Assembly (NCBI RefSeq): GCF_000181795.1
Contig: NW_003526941.1
Location: 372,001-398,842, forward strand
Source: Trichinella spiralis
Taxonomy: Eukaryota
Direction: 5' to 3'
DNA: 26,842 nt
Shown here: positions 21,518 through 26,842 of the stretch, piece by piece
Position numbering within the stretch: position 1 is the stretch's first letter
How the letters are laid out: every line of letters begins with the position of its first letter
The notes under the pieces: model-generated
Database searches by the model: none
Seen by the model: the letters and a program-made list of their open reading frames with translations, nothing else
What the model was told of the DNA's origin: nothing
Made by a program: the position numbers and the translations under genes

Positions 21518-21808
21518 CTAAAACATTTCATGAAAAATTGAAAATTTATGGAATGTTAAAATCTGGTGAAGATGGCTCATGGCCGTGATGTCACGGAACA
21601 CCTGTTGCCCGGTCATCAATCTTTGATGGAATCGTGAAGGCGTGGTGCCGGGATGGAGGAGTTCTACGCGAACGTCGTCTAGGTGCGCGTATTTCCATTC
21701 AATTGGAAAGGAGGTTGCAACATTTTTGCACGCTGTTCGCAGAGTACCTAGATATAAAGTTGTGTGCACCACCGCTTTACGTTCATTGTAGCAGCTTGTG
21801 GAAAGCAA
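21518..21808 (-). mobile_element. Possible degenerate pogo/Tigger-type DDE transposase fragment
   Basis: GC-richer island. The translation LDDVRVELLHPGTT resembles the pogo/Tigger motif L.N[VI].V.FLPPNTT; the following QP.DQG motif is not intact. Confidence 0.25.
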
Positions 21809-23007
21809 ATGTTGGCGGGAGTCAAAGCTGCATGTTGTACAATAGGTAATCGTGCTTCTTTTTTAGTTCTGTGTATTTCAACCTGTTTTGTGCAAATAAA
21901 GTTTGCAGCATGCGAACTGATGGCTGCTGTTGTTGGTGGGTCTGATGATTTGGATCTCATTCATTTAATTATGTGAGATTCACTTGGCGAGTGCCATAAA
22001 TGCAGTCTGCTCAAGTGAAATTCACAAGATGACAAAAGACAATCTTTGTTCGAAACAATTTGCATTAAAATGAGAAGCCATGATAAAAATTTTATCATCA
22101 GTTTTTGTAAAATAAACAAACGAGTACTTTTTACGCTAAAAGTCACAATGACTGTTGGATGGATAGAAAATTCACTACTTTTTTAGCGTTTTCCTAACTA
22201 TAAATTTCTCACAAAATTTCAATGAGCCATAATGACATGAGCTTCACTGTCTATTGAGCTTTAATATGAAAGCTGTGAATTGTCAAATCAAGTAATCTTT
22301 ACAACAACATACTTGAATTTCGTTGGATTTAAAAATATACACATTAAAAAAACTATTTTATTTGTATAAATGCAGGTCAGCAAAAAACTGTCTTTTAATA
22401 AATTTCTGATGAATGTGAACGACATGACAAGTAGTTGCTGTACCCGAAAAGATACAATCAGCGGGAAAAAATGATTTTCACATTAAATACAAGAATAGCA
22501 AATCAGAGGTGCAACTCTGGCGAACAGTATTTTTCATACTGATAAGGGCTTTAATCACATTCATCAATTACGGATTATATATTTAGCAATACAGATCCCA
22601 GGAAAGCACCTTAAGCCACGAAATAACAAGAACGACTGCTTTGAAAGTTCTTCAAATAGATCAGTTCCTTATGACAATATTAAGCGTTGTGTGTTTACTC
22701 ATTTTCAAACATTATCTTGCCAAATTTACAGAATAACTGTGCATTCTACGTTTAACAATCATTCACATTAAGGTGAGCACATTGCATATAAGAAAAAGAG
22801 GTAATTCAAATTTTATTGAACCGCATAAGATAATCATAAACAGGAAATGAGAGACAAAAAGAAAAAACGAATTAAAAAGCAAAATCAGATGCTTCGTTAT
22901 CAGTAACGGAAACAAATTCTCCGTTATAGTGAGATATTTGTTGAAATTTGCAAGTCTTGTGCAATATTTCTTTTGTTTGGGCACTCGATTTTCCTTCATT
23001 TTCGGTC

Positions 23008-23017
23008 NNNNNNNNNN
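23008..23017. other. Assembly gap (10 N)
   Basis: Run of N. Confidence 1.
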
Positions 23018-23322
23018 TCCAATCAGGACCTAAATGGCGAATCAGTGATCACAGCTGAATGCCCATAGCTCTGTAGTGCTACGATATCGGGATTGGTGTA
23101 CAGTATGTGTTTGGCAATTTTCATCAATCCATTTTCAACATTCATTCCACTGTTCCAAATATTAAACGTGAGCACTGTTATATCTCCGTCCTCGGCAAAG
23201 TTGATTTTTGAGCACTTTGGCTTTACAGCTTCGCCTGCGATAGACCCTATGCTGGTTGGACATTTACACGACAGCTGTTGAACAATCAGAATCGACAAGA
23301 TCACAGTGCACAGGTTCTTCAT
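23018..23322 (-). pseudogene. Truncated second copy of the EEP 5' end (partial; probably assembly artefact or allele)
   Basis: Identical protein through DIVALQ. It then frameshifts via single-base drop-outs within about 60 nt of the gap and is cut off by Ns. Confidence 0.6.
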
Positions 23323-24029
23323 TTTAATTAATTATCTGAAATATGATTTTGAAAATAATTTCACTGGTAAAAATTTATCATCTAACGACAGTTTTAACAA
23401 CAGGAATTGATTTAACAAAACTGTTGTATATTATTAGCATTCTGTTCTCAAGTTGACTGTTAGTTACGGCTGTTGTTAATGAACAAACGTTGGGACTTAT
23501 CCACTGTGAATGGAAGAAGTTTCCGGAATGAAAAGACTAAATAATATTAGTGAATTGCTTTAAAACAAGAATTTAAAGTACGCGTATTTGTAAGCATTTA
23601 AAACAATCAGCTGCAGGTACCTTCAAGGAAACAGTTTTTGTGTTGCTTTTAACGTAAAATCGGAGTAGAAATAAAAGTCAGAAATGATGGTGCTATCCGT
23701 GCAATAAAAGCAAATGGTCAAACTGACTGAATGCACTCTTTCAGGGGAGGGGCTTTTCAGAGTATTAATTGAGTACGACTGCTCGGGCGGAGGTTATCTT
23801 TTGTTTTATTGGGTCGCCAAGCACAGCTGATCTTATATACATATTTACTGGAATATATATTTGCAGAACTGTGCAAGGTTATTTACCTTCCTAGTTTATT
23901 TACTATCCAAACAGAAAAATAATTATTAGACAAACTTTTCTTTGCACTGAAGGACAATTATCAAACGTGTACTAACTTTTACGAGCGTTGGTGATTAAGC
24001 AAAACATCTAAACAAATTTAGTTACTGAG

Positions 24030-24070
<41 letters not shown>

Positions 24071-25385
24071 CATACGCATGTACTTAATCATAGAAACTGA
24101 TCCCAGAAGACGTGCACCTGTAGATAACTTTTTATGAAGCTGTTCAAGGAGCTAATTAACCAGAATAATCACATTTAAAGAATAAAATTTGTTTACCGAT
24201 GAACAAGACAGTGAAAGTGGCGGGCAGAAACGATTAAAAATTGTCTTCTGAGAGTGTTTGAAATGTTGAAGTTGGAGAAATGGAATGAAAGCCAGCAAAG
24301 TTTATACATGATATCAATTACAGATGACAAAACGACGATGAAAGTTTTCCAACTGCTTTCATAAATTTTCGATGAACATATATCTTTTAAAGAATTCAAC
24401 ATCGACCAGTGTAATATAATATAATATAATATAATATTATATTATATTATACTATACTATATTATACTATATTATATCATATTTCACTTAATGCCAAAAC
24501 TTTTTTTTTGCAGTTAATCACAGAGTTATGTAAGCAATCAACTTTCAGTAGTTTCAGTTCTTGCCAACATATAACTAGTAACAGATCACCACTAAAACTA
24601 ATCAGACATCAGCATCTGTGATACACAAATCAGGGAAGTAAATAAAAAAAGAACAGAATGTTTCTAACGTGAAATGCATCAGTTGTTCAGTCATTGTTGC
24701 TTATGGAAAATTTTCTTCCGTCAGCAAAAATGAGCTCCACATAAAAAAAACTTAAAAATAAAACAGTGGATTTCTTAATAGGTTTTTTAAAATCATTTAT
24801 ATATAAAATTTTAAAAATAATATCACTTCGAATGTACTGAAATGTGTTTTTTTAATTAACGCATATACAGCTTACTTTTTTTCCATCAAGGTACTTAATT
24901 GCGCACATTGCATTCTAAAATGCAGAATTTGCTAAAATGTCGATTAATTATCATTTTGAATAGAAATTTTCATGTAGAGTTGTCGAGATGAGCTGAGAAA
25001 GAAAAAACGTTGAGTTCTTGTGAAGTTGTGCTAAATCGAATAACGCCACGTGAGCTTTGTTTGTCTAATATGTTAATTAATTTTTTCTGAAGCGCTTCTG
25101 CTATCAGTAATAATGTGCTTGTTTGCTTTGCTAAAGTGACTCACAGTAGCGGCAGATAACGTTCTCTCGGTTTATGGTCGCGTTAATTCATTACTGAAGT
25201 TTGCATCATTTTTTATTCAAACTTTCTGCATTGATTTTGAAAACTTGCGTTCAAGTGAAAGTAATTTGCTTAACGTACTTGAAAATTTACTTTCCTCTTA
25301 TTATTTGTAACTTTTAGTGTATGTTAAGGTGAACATTTGATTTCATGTTTGCATTTTTATTGAAATGAACAAAAATGAAAATCCG
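23018..25385. repeat. Near-identical direct copy of 18087..~20472, bounded by two assembly gaps
   Basis: Alignment by eye shows identity apart from a few substitutions, microsatellite length differences, a 5-nt indel and ragged ends. Confidence 0.93.
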
Positions 25386-25395
25386 NNNNNNNNNN
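25386..25395. other. Assembly gap (10 N)
   Basis: Run of N. Confidence 1.
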
Positions 25396-26842
25396 CAAAC
25401 GCGTACGGGTTGGAATTAAAAGGGCTTCTAAAAGTGCCATGTTTCTATTTTAATACACAGGAAGGCCAGCGGAATTGAAACTTTTCTTGAAACCGGTTCC
25501 AGGGATGGGCGGAATTTGGGTGTAGAATTTTTTTTTGACATGATAATGAGGGTATTCGTGGAAATTTTCCAAGTCTTGTGCAATATTTCCTTGTTTTGGG
25601 CAACTCGATTTTCCTTCATTTTCGGTCCGTTTCGAATAAATTGATAAAAGTTGTTTGAATACGGGTTGATTTGTCCATAAAATCTTCCATTCCTTTGTTT
25701 TCCACTGACTTATCTCATTTAATCGACCATTAGAAAGGAATTTTTCAAGCTGTCGCTGCCAACATTGATTAATACTTGAGTGTCTATAGTATGCCGACTG
25801 TACGTTTCATTTTTTCAAAAAAACTATCATATCATTGAATTCTGTGCTGTTCATAATCTCTATTATTCATTGGGCATCTCATTGATACCAAACATGTCGC
25901 TGCTTGATTGTATTTTCGCTTATTCAATCACAATGAAATTACGCTTATGCAAATGAGCTTTAAATATTCTATTTTAATAAAATAATTAATTTTGAAGGAT
26001 GAAAATAAAACATATTACCAATTTATAACAAAATAATGCACATGCGCTTGGTATTTATTCAAATTTTTCGACAAATTTGCATGTAAGCTTAGATAAACAA
26101 ATGGCATACCTCTAAGGAAGTGCTATGTATTAATGAATTTTTCCTTTATATTTCGAAACAATATTGTACAATAATTATGTACAGAAACTGTTCATTATTC
26201 TAAGTTGATTATTTAATAAGATATTTAACAAAATTGTTCGTTATCATAGGCATCAATTATAGAGAGAAATAATTCAATATAACATGATATCAGTAATTAA
26301 TTATTTTCAGTTTATTTAATTGTTATTTCTGTATCGTCCGCAATAAATGAAATTGCGTAAATAAAATTTTTTTAATTTAAAGGTTTCTGTACTACAAAAA
26401 TGAATTGCAGGTACAAATGCTAATAGAATGAGCAACATTTCTTGGAAGATATAACATGCAAATTATATATAAATTATAATGAAATGCAATTATATTCTTT
26501 ATTATTAATCGCGCATGTTTCATTTCGTTTTCCGTTTCTCCCACTAAAATCGCATCATCGTGCAACTTTTTTAGCAATATCTCGGCAAATACGCATTCAT
26601 AAAACGTAAGACTAGGTTTGTAGTGATTATCTTATTTTTTCTGATCATTTGAAATCATTTTCTCAAAAATTTCAAATTTTCGCCTTTCAAAAAGTCATGG
26701 ATATAGCCTTGTTTGTTTTTGCGAATTTCAAAAGTACGCTTGTGTCCCAAATTTCGCTCATTTTGTAAAAAATTGCGAAATTCAGATAAATTAATATGTT
26801 ATGGATAGATACACGTAAGACTAACGCGGACGTGTTTAATAA

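Noticed and set aside
21522..21570. miR-1-like seed (TGGAATGT) on the 3' arm of a 13-bp hairpin
   Set aside because: The stem does not extend to pre-miRNA length, and the rest of the putative mature sequence differs from miR-1.
23023..23322. 99-aa truncated EEP as a real novel short secreted protein
   Set aside because: The novel tail (SYGHSAVITDSPFRS) comes from base drop-outs right next to an assembly gap.

Overview
AT-rich, microsatellite-rich eukaryotic genomic DNA from a draft assembly with two 10-N gaps. Short GT-AG introns and an EGL-8-like protein point to a nematode, plausibly a clade I parasite such as Trichinella (inference). The main feature is a complete + strand phospholipase C-beta gene (egl-8/PLCB4-like). 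I reconstructed it by hand as 27 coding exons (7137..16461; 3579 nt, 1192 aa), all GT-AG and phase-consistent, including a first exon missed by the ORF track. Convergent with it is an intronless, signal-peptide-bearing exonuclease/endonuclease/phosphatase (EEP) gene (17338..18396, -). About 2.4 kb covering the EEP 5' end and upstream region is repeated almost identically between the two gaps, most likely an uncollapsed haplotype. The most notable observation is a 23-codon uORF whose stop overlaps the PLC start (ATGA). Others are two stop-free in-frame introns at functionally sensitive PLC positions, the intronless secreted EEP, and a possible pogo/Tigger transposase relic. I found no convincing wholly novel multi-gene system.
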